A stretch of DNA of 64,000 bases from Candidatus Hermodarchaeota archaeon (GTDB lineage Archaea; Asgardarchaeota; Hermodarchaeia; Hermodarchaeales; Hermodarchaeaceae): the NCBI GenBank assembly GCA_016839805.1, contig JAEOTO010000032.1, positions 206,725 through 270,724 on the forward strand. The letters are read 5' to 3'. Within the stretch, counting starts at the first letter, position 1. Each line of letters begins with the position of its first letter. The notes beneath the pieces are model-generated. The model did no database searches. It was given only the letters and a program-made list of their open reading frames with translations, and was not told where the DNA came from. Below are positions 48,831-58,943 of this stretch, in pieces. The translations under genes and the position numbers were made by a program.

Positions 48831-49403
48831 TTAATACCCTATTTGAAGTTCATTGTATGCGCGTTGAGCGGCTTCAACATTAGTTTCAATAACTTTCTCT
48901 GGAAGTTCTGCTAGACCTTTACGAATGGCCTTCTTCACACTTTCAATTGTAACAATGCTTGTGGCTCGAGCCACAGCCCCCAACATAATTGTGTTAACAA
49001 CAGCAATACCCGCAACTAAAATCCCCACATCGAGTGCAATTGTTGTTGCATCAACTGTAGAAATTTTTGGCTTTACTTTAAGCTTAATTTCTTGTGGGGC
49101 TTGAGGGGTGTTAATAACGACAAAGGTATCTTCGTTCATCCCTTCTTGAACACTAGGAATGTCGAGGAGTGTTTCATCCAGAATAACTATAGTTTCTGGG
49201 TCGTAGATGTAACTATGGATGCGGATGGTTTCGTCAGCAACGCGTGTGAAGGCCATCACTGGGGCACCACGTCTTTCAGCCCCGTAATGGGCAAAGGCTT
49301 GAAAGTGTTTGTTTTCTAGCCGGGTGGCATCACCTAGAATTTTTGCCCCGGTCACCGCACCTTGGCCACCACGACCATGAAAACGAATCTCAAACAAATT
49401 CAT
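48831..49403 (-). CDS. porG: Pyruvate/2-oxoacid:ferredoxin oxidoreductase gamma subunit
   Basis: HGRGGQG, YGAERRGAP, NTIMLGA. Confidence 0.93.
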   Translation of the reverse strand: MNLFEIRFHGRGGQGAVTGAKILGDATRLENKHFQAFAHYGAERRGAPVMAFTRVADETIRIHSYIYDPETIVILDETLLDIPSVQEGMNEDTFVVINTPQAPQEIKLKVKPKISTVDATTIALDVGILVAGIAVVNTIMLGAVARATSIVTIESVKKAIRKGLAELPEKVIETNVEAAQRAYNELQIGY

Positions 49404-49474
49404 AATTGAATCCGCCCAAATTAGATATCGTTACAGAATCACAATCATCTAAAAAGGATTATGAACCGTTAATT

Positions 49475-51358
49475 TCAGATGGGAAGCGGGAGAACGAAGA
49501 GAAGTAAGATGAGGGAAATGATGAACGCAACTGCATAGATGATAATTCCCCACCTTTTTGCAACGCTTGCTGAAACGGGAATAAGGCTCGTTAGCTTATC
49601 AGCAGTTCCTTGACCCATTACTACAAGGGGTTCAGTGGTTCCCTGGTAAAGTGCCACATTTCCTGGCTCAAGTTTTGTGGTCGCTTCTCTTACAAGTTCG
49701 ATAATTTGGCTTGTCAGGTCCTCGTGAGATATTAGTTCTCCTATGGGACTATACCCATTAGAGGCAGAAATTGCAGCGGTTTGGTGGGTATCTGAAGTCA
49801 TGATTTCTGCAGCGTCCACATGTTGTGGAACAAGAGCGTTAACAATTTTTTCTCGGAATCCCACTACCATGTTATTTCCATCGAGGAGGACATAAGCCAT
49901 CTTCTGACCTGCCACTTCAATAATCGAAACAGTAATCCCTTCTGAACCCATTCCTTCGCCTTCCGTATACCCCGTTTCTGTTCTTTGCGCAACTCCTATC
50001 TCAGGTTTACCCCGTGCAGTTTTTAATGCCTCACGAACAGCAGTTTTTGCAGCGGCAATCATATCAGGAATTAACTCAGATCCTTCATATACTGATTCTT
50101 TGAGCTCACTCATACAATTATGCGTATCAATGATAATACACCGTTTTATGAGGCTCTTCAATTCCGAAGTAATTTGCTCCGCTACAGCTAAGCTAATGTC
50201 ATCCATTTCGATGGGAGAACGAGTAAACAGGAGAACCGCAGTATCTCCAAAAACTTGACAACCAACATGTATTGTTCCCGAAGTTGTTCGACAAAATTGA
50301 CTCACATCCGAAATGGGCGTCGTCTGTTCATAAGCGGTCTGAACCATATTCATGAATCGTTCGACCTCGTTCTTTGAGACGAGGTTCAAATCATGAGTGG
50401 AGGCACTGTGTGGCGAACAGGCAATTGAATTCAATGTTGTTCGTCCCCATTCACCAATTCGGGTAGGTAGTGCGCTGCTACCTGTGTTTTTAAAAGGACC
50501 CGGGTGTGCTCCCGGAATGACCGTTACCAATAATGGATCTTTGGTGTTAGTACTAAATTTCATAACCGATAACGGTAGGATTTTCTCCTGCCCTATCTGG
50601 GTAAGGCTTTCTTCCATAAGATCTGCTCTGTCTTCCATCCAAACTTCAAGGAACCCCCTGAACATCTGAATTCCATCAACACTGAAGGCTTTTTTCAATG
50701 GGTGTCCGACTGCAGTAAGCAAAATCCCTGAGCCACTAATAAATGTCAAAGTACAGAGGAAATAAATTATAAGGAAAATCCATTGTGTCGGAACAGGTTC
50801 TGTTAAAACGTACATCACCATTGCAGTTGTGGGAAAGACAAGTGTGAGAAAGACTCCGCCTGTAACGCCAACACGACTTGTGCTTAACACGATAAGGAGC
50901 AAAATCGCTGATGTAAACGCAGCCGCTAGGATCAGATTTCGAAGGTAGAATGTTGTCGCAATCCCTCCACCTGCTAGAGGACCATAATGAAGCTTGAAAA
51001 TAATCTCAATTGTCCATCCAATAAGTGTTGAAAGAAACCAGATAAGTAAGAGAACAATGACCGCTGTTGTTACGACTCCAAGGAGTCGATGCCAATTCAA
51101 AATAGTTCCCTTGCGTGTACCAAGACGGAAAGCAAGCAAAGTTAACAGCGCTGCAGGTATTGTGATTATCAACCCACGGATTGCCCCTCTCAGAAACACC
51201 ATGCCAGTAAATGGACTGCCACCAAGGTATCGGAGAAGCTCTGTTAGGCCACCAACAAGAAGTGATGCCCCGAATATTATTATAATTTGCGTACGATTCC
51301 TCGGCAAACTAAAGAGCCGTTTGTAAAGCGAAATCGTGCTCTGGACATCCTCGCTCAT
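49475..51358 (-). CDS. DUF2070-family membrane protein
   Basis: N-terminal TM helices, HPGPF, HSASTHD, DTHN, DGNNM, TSDTH. Confidence 0.85.
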   Translation of the reverse strand: MSEDVQSTISLYKRLFSLPRNRTQIIIIFGASLLVGGLTELLRYLGGSPFTGMVFLRGAIRGLIITIPAALLTLLAFRLGTRKGTILNWHRLLGVVTTAVIVLLLIWFLSTLIGWTIEIIFKLHYGPLAGGGIATTFYLRNLILAAAFTSAILLLIVLSTSRVGVTGGVFLTLVFPTTAMVMYVLTEPVPTQWIFLIIYFLCTLTFISGSGILLTAVGHPLKKAFSVDGIQMFRGFLEVWMEDRADLMEESLTQIGQEKILPLSVMKFSTNTKDPLLVTVIPGAHPGPFKNTGSSALPTRIGEWGRTTLNSIACSPHSASTHDLNLVSKNEVERFMNMVQTAYEQTTPISDVSQFCRTTSGTIHVGCQVFGDTAVLLFTRSPIEMDDISLAVAEQITSELKSLIKRCIIIDTHNCMSELKESVYEGSELIPDMIAAAKTAVREALKTARGKPEIGVAQRTETGYTEGEGMGSEGITVSIIEVAGQKMAYVLLDGNNMVVGFREKIVNALVPQHVDAAEIMTSDTHQTAAISASNGYSPIGELISHEDLTSQIIELVREATTKLEPGNVALYQGTTEPLVVMGQGTADKLTSLIPVSASVAKRWGIIIYAVAFIISLILLLFVLPLPI

Positions 51359-51463
51359 GGTATATCGCTCATCAGGAATTCTAAAGGGAAGTTACCCATC
51401 CTAAGTAGTTCTTGAAAAGTTTTTCTTGTAATTTACAGGTAAAAACGATTTGAATCGGCTACT

Positions 51464-53395
51464 TTAATATGCGTATAATGAAGGACATTTACCACGAAGG
51501 CAGTCTTCGCATTGTATACAATTTTCTTCAATAATCCGCCCTTGACCCGTATCTATTGATATCGCGCCATTTGCACATAGAGACTGGCATGTGCCACAGG
51601 CAGTACAAAGCAAACCTCGGAGTACTGTTCGAGCAAATTTAACAGCATCTTTCTTCATAACGGGACCTGATAAGGAAAAATGACCACTTTCGAAGAGATA
51701 GGCTTTGATTTGTTCATCTTTCTTTGTGATTGAAAGTTCAATCATATTCCGTTCTAAATCTAATATTACTTTGCCCAATGCTGGAAGAAAGGCAACGGCT
51801 CGATTCAAATCTATAGGTTCATTGAATTCTCCTCTAATCAAATTCTCCTCATATTGGTCTTTGGACCCTAATACAAATGAGAGGGTTTCTCCTGTACGAT
51901 TTGGATCTATTGAGGGCAACTCAATCTCCATGTTCTGCGCTAACTCTCGGATTTTAAGTGGATGAGTTTTCCAACGCCAGAATCCATGAGTCAAATATTT
52001 CTCGCTCATCCCATATTTTTTAGCAACTTTTTCAGCATTAGATTGCCAACGTTGCCATTCTAAAGGACAATGATCAGCAATGACCATTAACTCGCTCATA
52101 GTTGAGGCGGGGCAAAACATGCATCCAAGTCTTTCAAACCCTTTTTCGTATAACGGGTTATAACTTACAGGTTCTTGGAAAATGTAAAGCCAAATCATCA
52201 TTGCAGTCCAATTGTGAATTGGACTAGCTCCAATTTGTTTTGGAACCCACGGATTTTTCCAAATTCGTCTGCTAGCTGAACGCCGATGAGATTCATAACG
52301 TCGTTGACCAATGAAACTTAAACATCCATCAGGAAAATGTTCCTCAATGAGTTGGCTTGTGGGTCCAAGTTTAAGGGTTTTACAGCAGACTCGATAATCT
52401 CGGGCTACAAAACCATACAAATCAAGCACTCGGAAAAATTGGTCCTTACCAACATTCTTCACTAATAACTGATTTTCTAAATCAAAATGTGCTACTGTTG
52501 AATATACATTTTCAACGGTTTCAGGAAATTCAATACCTGTATCGATAAACATGACATGAAATGATTGATTTGGGAGGGCCTTTTGCACTAATACAAGAAC
52601 AGCTAAGCTGTCTTTACCACCAGAAAATGCTACAACTTTTTGAAAACGATATTCATGGGCAGTTTTTTGAATGAAAGTAATTGCTTCCTTTTCTAAGCGT
52701 TCAAGAAGCTCTGAGTTAGCTTCTAATACGTCTTTCCAAATTTGACTTCCAGGAAGAATATGTGCTGGATGAGGTTCACCTTTATAGCGTTTTCTGATGA
52801 CCATCCCTCGCCCTTGTCGTTGCATATCTCTGCCAGTCATCGCAGCAATTCCAACAAGAATGGCTTCTCCTTGTTCAGTAACACCAATTACATAATCTCC
52901 AGAACTGATCGAAGAATCGGCAGTTTTAACGCCTGGTCGAAGAAGATTCGCCCCCCCAACAATGAATTTAACAGCGGAATCCTCGATGACGACTTGCTTA
53001 TTCTTGGTCAGCTGAACAAGTCGGCGAGCCCCTTCTAATTTGGGAACGAATTCCCAAGAAAGGGTTTCAATCCGAAAGCGATGAAGCCCGATAATCTGAC
53101 CGTCCACAATAACTTCTTCACAACAATCTATATCAGGAATAGCATTAAGAAGTATGATTTTGTCAGCAGGGACAAGTTGTTCAGCTACTTTTCGGTCATA
53201 TTGTTTCGAGATTGAATCAATGATCTGCTTGCGATCAGTTTCAAAGGCTGGTCTGGCATCGCCAGGTGGAGCTACGTTAACCGGTCTGGTTTGTCCCCCA
53301 CAACGCCCACATCGCACCCTTTTAGCTAATGGAACATTACACTGATCACACCACGCTAGTAATAGTGGTCCCAGATATGGCTTCTTTTTCTTCAC
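51464..53395 (-). CDS. PAPS-reductase-like PP-loop protein with PUA and 4Fe-4S domains
   Basis: WCxxCNVP, PPGDARPA, FSGGKDS, CC..K, RLGCMFCP, C-terminal ferredoxin motifs. Confidence 0.88.
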   Translation of the reverse strand: MKKKKPYLGPLLLAWCDQCNVPLAKRVRCGRCGGQTRPVNVAPPGDARPAFETDRKQIIDSISKQYDRKVAEQLVPADKIILLNAIPDIDCCEEVIVDGQIIGLHRFRIETLSWEFVPKLEGARRLVQLTKNKQVVIEDSAVKFIVGGANLLRPGVKTADSSISSGDYVIGVTEQGEAILVGIAAMTGRDMQRQGRGMVIRKRYKGEPHPAHILPGSQIWKDVLEANSELLERLEKEAITFIQKTAHEYRFQKVVAFSGGKDSLAVLVLVQKALPNQSFHVMFIDTGIEFPETVENVYSTVAHFDLENQLLVKNVGKDQFFRVLDLYGFVARDYRVCCKTLKLGPTSQLIEEHFPDGCLSFIGQRRYESHRRSASRRIWKNPWVPKQIGASPIHNWTAMMIWLYIFQEPVSYNPLYEKGFERLGCMFCPASTMSELMVIADHCPLEWQRWQSNAEKVAKKYGMSEKYLTHGFWRWKTHPLKIRELAQNMEIELPSIDPNRTGETLSFVLGSKDQYEENLIRGEFNEPIDLNRAVAFLPALGKVILDLERNMIELSITKKDEQIKAYLFESGHFSLSGPVMKKDAVKFARTVLRGLLCTACGTCQSLCANGAISIDTGQGRIIEENCIQCEDCLRGKCPSLYAY

Positions 53396-53470
53396 AGTAA
53401 TCGAACCCTGCCGGTCAAACGGTTCTAAAAAGTAAGATAAAATCTCTTGTTTTTCTATAATAAACTGGTT

Positions 53471-53779
53471 CTAGCGAATAATGAGCCCTTGAACCTCTTT
53501 CCACGTTTCTTCTCGTAAGCGTTGCACATCTGCAATGGAAATCTCCTCGGCTTCTTTCACGGTATTAGACAATTGAATGACGTTCCCAACAGCAGAAATA
53601 TTTGTGACATCAACAGGAAGCTCCACACCCAAGCCCTTGACCTGCAACTCCACCTTGCCTGGAGGAAGTGTTACTCGAAGACTCCGGACAATGCCGATAC
53701 GCCGTGCACTCCCATCAATAACTTCCTTTCCCACAATATGACCAGGCATCTGTAATTCGTAAACTTCAGCCTCAGCCAT
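53471..53779 (-). CDS. PRC-barrel domain protein
   Basis: IVGKEVIDGSARRIGIV...ISAVGNVIQL. Confidence 0.75.
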   Translation of the reverse strand: MAEAEVYELQMPGHIVGKEVIDGSARRIGIVRSLRVTLPPGKVELQVKGLGVELPVDVTNISAVGNVIQLSNTVKEAEEISIADVQRLREETWKEVQGLIIR

Positions 53780-53919
53780 GGATGGAACACCTGATTTCGA
53801 CATAACTTTCACACTCCATATTCCATAAGACGTGGAATATAGTGTAATATAAATGCGGGTAATAAAAGGATTTCAGGTAAAATCCTAGTTTAACTAAACA
53901 AAATTGTGCTGCGATTAGT

Positions 53920-56211
53920 ATGTCCGGGACGGAATTTGTCCAACATCCGCTCATCAAACCGAATTCTATCACAAAGAGATTGTATCAAGAAACAATCATT
54001 GGTACCGCAATCAAATGGAATACGCTAGTAGTGCTTCCGACTGGGGTCGGAAAAACTGTTATCGCAATTTTAGCCGCTGCATACCAGCTTCAAAGATTTC
54101 CTAATTCAAGATGTGTTGTTCTTGCCCCGACTAAACCTCTTGTTCTCCAACATCTGAAAACCTTTCAGGATTTTATGACCTTACCAATGGATAAAATGGA
54201 AATAATTACCGGCGAAGTTACTCCTCATAAACGTTTGAAGCTCTGGGATACACTCCAGCTCGCTTTTATGACTCCCCAGGTTCTTCAAAATGATGTATTG
54301 GCAGGACGCTATCGATTGGAGGATGTATCATTATTAGTTGTAGATGAAGCGCATCGCGCTATTGGTGATTACGCCTATGTCTTTATTGCCGGACAATATT
54401 TGAAACAATCGAGATTTCCTTTGTTGTTAGCATTAACGGCGTCACCAGGCTCTGAAATTCAAAAAATACGAGAAATTGTAACCAACCTGGGCATCACGAA
54501 CATTGAATTAAGAACACGAGATAGCCCAGATGTTGCGCCTTATCTCCCACCACTTGAATTCGAATGGCAAGAAGTCAAACTGCCTGAAAGATTCAAGCAA
54601 ATTGGGGATGCAATTAGACGCGCCATTAAAACCCGCCTAGTCCCAATCAAAGAAGCCGGGTTCATTAACACCAGTGATATTCGAAGGGTATCCGTTCGTC
54701 AGATTTTACAGCTTCAGCGTGATATTCAACAACGTATAGCTGTAGAAACATCGCCACCAAGTCACCTATTCCAATTAGTATCTCATTGCGCTGCATTATT
54801 ACGACTTTATCACAGTGTGGAATTATTAGAAACTCAGGGTGTAACTGCGCTTCATCGCTACATAGAAGGAATTCAAAAAGAAGCGCAGCGTGGAAAAACT
54901 TCGAAAGCAATTCGAGGACTTGCACAGGATCCCCACTTATTAGAGGCTCAGCAAATTCTTAGGGAATTAATCTCTGATCACGTCGAACATTCCAAGCTAC
55001 CAGTCTTAGTCAACATCGTCAAGAACCAACTGAAAAACAACCCCAGTTCTCGAATTATGGTCTTCACACGGTATCGTGACACAGCAAAACTCCTTGAAAC
55101 AACCCTTTCAACTTCAACGAGTTCGCGACCAATACGATTTATAGGACAGGCCAGTCGAGGAGACGATCGAGGGTTAACACAAAAAGAACAAGGTCAGATT
55201 CTCCAATTGTTCCGAGAAGGGACCTACAACGTTTTGGTTGCAACTAGCGTTGGCGAGGAAGGCCTTGACATTCAAGAATGTGACTTGGTACTTTTTTATG
55301 AAGCAGTTCCTAGTGCTGTACGGTTAATCCAACGGCGTGGACGCACAGGTCGTACTCAACCCGGTCGTGTAATTGTACTTGTTGCTTTAGGTACACGTGA
55401 TCAAGGATATTACTGGGCGGCTATTCACCGTGAGGCAAAGATGAAAGAGCTCTTAAAGGAGATGAATGTGATGTCGCGCGAAATTGAACGAGAACGAAAA
55501 CAATCCACGTTGAAAGAGTTTATGAAATCCCAGGCAAGTGATGAATCATCTCAAGATAAAGATCTTATCACCATTGTTGTGGATAATCGGGAACTTCGTT
55601 CGGCGATTACGAAGGCTTTGAAGGAACTGGACGTAAAGCTTGAAGTAGAGGCTCTTGAAGTCGGCGACTATCTCCTCTCGGATCGCGTTGCTGTCGAAGC
55701 AAAAACATCAGACGATTTCGCGCAATCAATAATTGACCGACGTCTGTTTACCCAATTGGGGCATCTTAAAGAAAGTTTCCCAGTTCCTCTTCTTCTAATT
55801 ACAGGTTCAAGTTTGTATGGATCCAGCGCCATTAACCCGGCTGCAATACGTGGTGCACTATCATCCGCAATTATTGACTTCAATGTACCAGTTGTAAACG
55901 TCCGTAATCCAAAGGAGGCCGCTGCACTTCTCTTTGCGATCGCACGGCAAGAACAAAGTACACGAAAACACACCCTGAGCATCCGTGGAAAAAAACCAGT
56001 TCTAACTATGGCTACACTCCAGGAATATATTGTAGCTAGCCTTCCTGGAGTAAACACGACCCTAGCAAAACGTCTCTTAACCCATTTTGGAAGTATTGCT
56101 ACGCTTGTCAACGCCAGTCCTAAACAACTTTCCGAAGTCCATGGCATAGGAAATACAAAAGCTCAGAGTATTCGGGAAGCTTTTGATACCAAATATGAAC
56201 CTGAAAACTAG
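53920..56211 (+). CDS. hef: Hef helicase/ERCC4 nuclease (FANCM-like)
   Basis: PTGVGKT, DEAH, TASPG, QRRGRTGR, VDNRE, VGDY, C-terminal HhH. Confidence 0.93.
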   Translation: MSGTEFVQHPLIKPNSITKRLYQETIIGTAIKWNTLVVLPTGVGKTVIAILAAAYQLQRFPNSRCVVLAPTKPLVLQHLKTFQDFMTLPMDKMEIITGEVTPHKRLKLWDTLQLAFMTPQVLQNDVLAGRYRLEDVSLLVVDEAHRAIGDYAYVFIAGQYLKQSRFPLLLALTASPGSEIQKIREIVTNLGITNIELRTRDSPDVAPYLPPLEFEWQEVKLPERFKQIGDAIRRAIKTRLVPIKEAGFINTSDIRRVSVRQILQLQRDIQQRIAVETSPPSHLFQLVSHCAALLRLYHSVELLETQGVTALHRYIEGIQKEAQRGKTSKAIRGLAQDPHLLEAQQILRELISDHVEHSKLPVLVNIVKNQLKNNPSSRIMVFTRYRDTAKLLETTLSTSTSSRPIRFIGQASRGDDRGLTQKEQGQILQLFREGTYNVLVATSVGEEGLDIQECDLVLFYEAVPSAVRLIQRRGRTGRTQPGRVIVLVALGTRDQGYYWAAIHREAKMKELLKEMNVMSREIERERKQSTLKEFMKSQASDESSQDKDLITIVVDNRELRSAITKALKELDVKLEVEALEVGDYLLSDRVAVEAKTSDDFAQSIIDRRLFTQLGHLKESFPVPLLLITGSSLYGSSAINPAAIRGALSSAIIDFNVPVVNVRNPKEAAALLFAIARQEQSTRKHTLSIRGKKPVLTMATLQEYIVASLPGVNTTLAKRLLTHFGSIATLVNASPKQLSEVHGIGNTKAQSIREAFDTKYEPEN

Positions 56212-56561
56212 CTTTGTAATGCTCGAATTCCGCGCAAAATCTCTACTAAATCCTTCACAACTGCCGCAAAAGTGCGTATTTCCTCTGGATGTGGCTTTTT
56301 GGGCAAAGATCTAGTATACTCTTCTAAGATGATAAGCACCTTAGTTGCAAGTTGGTTAAGGATGTCACCACTCGCTCCTTCTTGAATCGTCGAAGGAGTA
56401 GTTTGTTGCTCGATAACTTGCTTGTCACACTTAGCACAATACATCGTCCCGTCTTTTAGTCGTAAAAGTGGAGTATTGCATTTTGGACAGGCTGTAATTA
56501 GAAGAGCAGCTCCTTTTCTCAGCAATTGTCCCATACGTTTTGTTACGTTTTCATCTGACAT
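56208..56561 (-). CDS. UPF0148 / SSSCA1-family Zn-ribbon protein
   Basis: MGQLLRKGA, CPKCNTPL, YCAKC. Confidence 0.88.
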   Translation of the reverse strand: MSDENVTKRMGQLLRKGAALLITACPKCNTPLLRLKDGTMYCAKCDKQVIEQQTTPSTIQEGASGDILNQLATKVLIILEEYTRSLPKKPHPEEIRTFAAVVKDLVEILRGIRALQS

Positions 56562-56649
56562 ATAATCTAATTATCAGTGAAAAAAGCTTTTAAGTAATCT
56601 TGATACCTCCAAAACTCAATCCCAAAAGCATACGCCGGGGGGAATAGAT

Positions 56650-56940
56650 TTGGCTGATCCGAATAAATCAGAAGAAGTATCAGATGAAACTATGCAAAAA
56701 ATCGATCAGACTACGCTGATCTTATCTCAGATTGGTGAAGATAGTACTGTCCCACGGAATATTCGGCGAGCAGCCAATGAAGCAATTGACCTGCTTCATA
56801 GTGAATTGGGGTCCGCAGCTGTGCGTGCATCCAATGCAATTTCTCGGCTTGGGGATGCTACCCTTGATCCGAATTGTCCTAGTCATGCGCGAACAGGTAT
56901 TTGGAATGCGGTGTCTATTCTTGAAACGATTAACGATTAG
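56650..56940 (+). CDS. UPF0147 family protein
   Basis: DSTVPRNIRRAA, DPNCPSHART.IW..VS.LE. Confidence 0.9.
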   Translation: MADPNKSEEVSDETMQKIDQTTLILSQIGEDSTVPRNIRRAANEAIDLLHSELGSAAVRASNAISRLGDATLDPNCPSHARTGIWNAVSILETIND

Positions 56941-56959
56941 GAACCAAGCCATAGCATGT

Positions 56960-57802
56960 TTAGCTGCTCTTTGTTTTTCCTATGAGTGCTAATAGATGTG
57001 TTGAAAATTCGGTGTCGCGGGCCGCAACGTATGCATATCGCGCATCATTTGTGCAGGGTCCGGTAATGGCTGATCCTTCTGGGTTGAGTAACGTTGCTCC
57101 TGCTTCTTTTAATATCAAAGCTGGTGCAGCTAAGTCGGTTCCGCGGAAAACTCCGCGGAGATCAACGAAACCATCAAGTGAGCCATCTGCCACATAACAC
57201 AATTCGAGGGCGTTGGCTCCGAAATGTCTCGTATATTGAATGCGTGAAGTGTTTGATTTTAGCTGATTACTCTTAACGTGTGTTTGAGGGAATTTATCAT
57301 CTACTCCGACCAAACTCGGTTTATCCGATGTAGAATCTGCGGGTTGAATCCGTTGTCGGTCCTTGAAGGCGCCCGTTCCATTAGTAGCATAGTAACAGGT
57401 TCCAGAAAACAAATCGAGTACTACTGCGGCTTCTATTGAAGTAAATAATAGTTCAGAAGCAAAAGCAATTGCAATACACGCAAATGAGATACCATGGCTT
57501 ACATTTGTACTCCCATCAATTGGATCCATAATGATAAAGCCCTCAGGTTTAGGGCCTATCCGTTGAAGACCAGCCTCTTCACTAACCAACGTAAATGCTG
57601 AAAATCTCTTAAGATACTCTACCATGGATTGCTCTGCTATAAGATCAAACTGCTTGGTTACGTCACCACCAGCTCCAGTTCCCACTGCATCCTGACAGCT
57701 ACTAGATTTTAGACACGTTAGAACATGAAGTCGAGCTAATGTTGCGGCATTCCGAAGGTGCCTGGTCCAGAAGCATTGGTTGGTTAATGTTGAATTTGAC
57801 AC
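56960..57802 (-). CDS. Inositol monophosphatase / FBPase family protein
   Basis: GAGGD, SEE, DPIDGSTN, GANALEL, DLAA. Confidence 0.9.
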   Translation of the reverse strand: MSNSTLTNQCFWTRHLRNAATLARLHVLTCLKSSSCQDAVGTGAGGDVTKQFDLIAEQSMVEYLKRFSAFTLVSEEAGLQRIGPKPEGFIIMDPIDGSTNVSHGISFACIAIAFASELLFTSIEAAVVLDLFSGTCYYATNGTGAFKDRQRIQPADSTSDKPSLVGVDDKFPQTHVKSNQLKSNTSRIQYTRHFGANALELCYVADGSLDGFVDLRGVFRGTDLAAPALILKEAGATLLNPEGSAITGPCTNDARYAYVAARDTEFSTHLLALIGKTKSS

Positions 57803-57877
57803 AATTACCCGAGTACTTCTTGTAAGAGAAAAAGTTTATCTCATATCCTGAAGTAGCTCTTCTATTCCGAAGCATTC

Positions 57878-58011
57878 GCAGGGGTGCCAGAGCTTGGTCA
57901 ATCCAGTGAACGGCTTATAGATAATTGCTATTCGTTCCATGGACCATAAGGGCTGGGTTCAGGCCCCAGTGGCGTAGGCCTGCGCGGGTTCGAATCCCGT
58001 CCCCTGCACCA
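57878..58011 (+). tRNA. tRNA-Leu(CAG) with ~46-nt D-arm intron (~57902-57947)
   Basis: GCAGGGG/CCCCTGC, CTGGG-TTCAGGC-CCCAG, long variable arm; 134-46 = 88 nt; junction uncertain by 1-2 nt. Confidence 0.9.
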
Positions 58012-58056
58012 ATCAATTTGTTAAATCTATTTATAATAAATCGAGTTAAAAAGAAG

Positions 58057-58193
58057 TGGCGGGCTCGGCGGGACTTGAACCCGCGACCCTCGGGTGTCTT
58101 TAGAAGACTGCTAGAAGCTCTTCTCTAAAAGCCCGATGCTCTGACCTTACCCACGCCGGAAACCCGGTACGTGTCTGGCTAAGCTACGAGCCC
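58057..58193 (-). tRNA. tRNA-Lys(TTT) with two introns (18/19: 58146-58174; 37/38: 58096-58125)
   Basis: GGGCTCG/CGAGCCC, G73, CTTTTA[intron]A; BHB helix CTTT/AAAG; 137-29-30 = 78 nt. Confidence 0.92.
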
Positions 58194-58301
58194 GTATAAT
58201 CTGTTGATTTTCTCGGTGTTCAGTCACCTGCACTTTGCTATAAACCTTTTTGAGTTAATATGTCTTGTAAATGAACTATAATGGTGTGCAGTGGAGTCTG
58301 A

Positions 58302-58589
58302 GTGTTAGTGTTGGTAGTTCGAATCACCAATGAGGGGTATCGACTGATTGACGATCCAAATTACAAGGAAATTATCCAAGAGCTTAATGAACGGTGGGAT
58401 CACATCTTTGAAGAAGCGCGATGGGGATCTATTGATAAAGCTATGGATATGTATTCACAATTATTCGAATGGCTTGATCAATTTGGTAAGAAAGTCTCAC
58501 GATACCCTTATCGGGCAGACGCAGTGTTACCCCCAAGAAACATTGAAGCAGATGAATTAAAGGCGCTTCTGGGTAGCGAACGACGTTGA
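58302..58589 (+). CDS. Hypothetical protein
   Basis: Fills an intergenic gap with protein-like composition; no recognised motif; start uncertain. Confidence 0.55.
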   Translation: MLVLVVRITNEGYRLIDDPNYKEIIQELNERWDHIFEEARWGSIDKAMDMYSQLFEWLDQFGKKVSRYPYRADAVLPPRNIEADELKALLGSERR

Positions 58590-58603
58590 CTTTTTTCTAG
58601 ATA

Positions 58604-58840
58604 TCAACTTTCTGCAGCAATGAGGGTTACAGTTTTGTCAACCTCAGGAAGCTGGCGAATTTTTGAGATGATTGTGTGTTTTAGTTGTCGGATATCTTTT
58701 ACAATGATTTTCGCAACAACATCAAAATTCCAAAGAACTTGATACGCTTCTTTTACTTCCTCTATACTCATGAGAGGTTCAAGCAGGTCATCCTTTTGCA
58801 CGCCTTTTTTGGCCACAATTAGTACGTACGCTTTTGGCAT
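58604..58840 (-). CDS. Stand-alone Lrp/AsnC ligand-binding (RAM) domain protein
   Basis: MPKAYVLI...VKEAY...DVVAKI...IRQLPEVDKTVTLI. Confidence 0.85.
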   Translation of the reverse strand: MPKAYVLIVAKKGVQKDDLLEPLMSIEEVKEAYQVLWNFDVVAKIIVKDIRQLKHTIISKIRQLPEVDKTVTLIAAES

Positions 58841-58943
58841 GGTGTTCGCCCCACATAAACCCATTAGTGCTATTATCACCCACCAGTCAAAAGCCTTATC
58901 GTACATTAATCCTTCATTAATTAATAAACAGGAAGGATATAAA

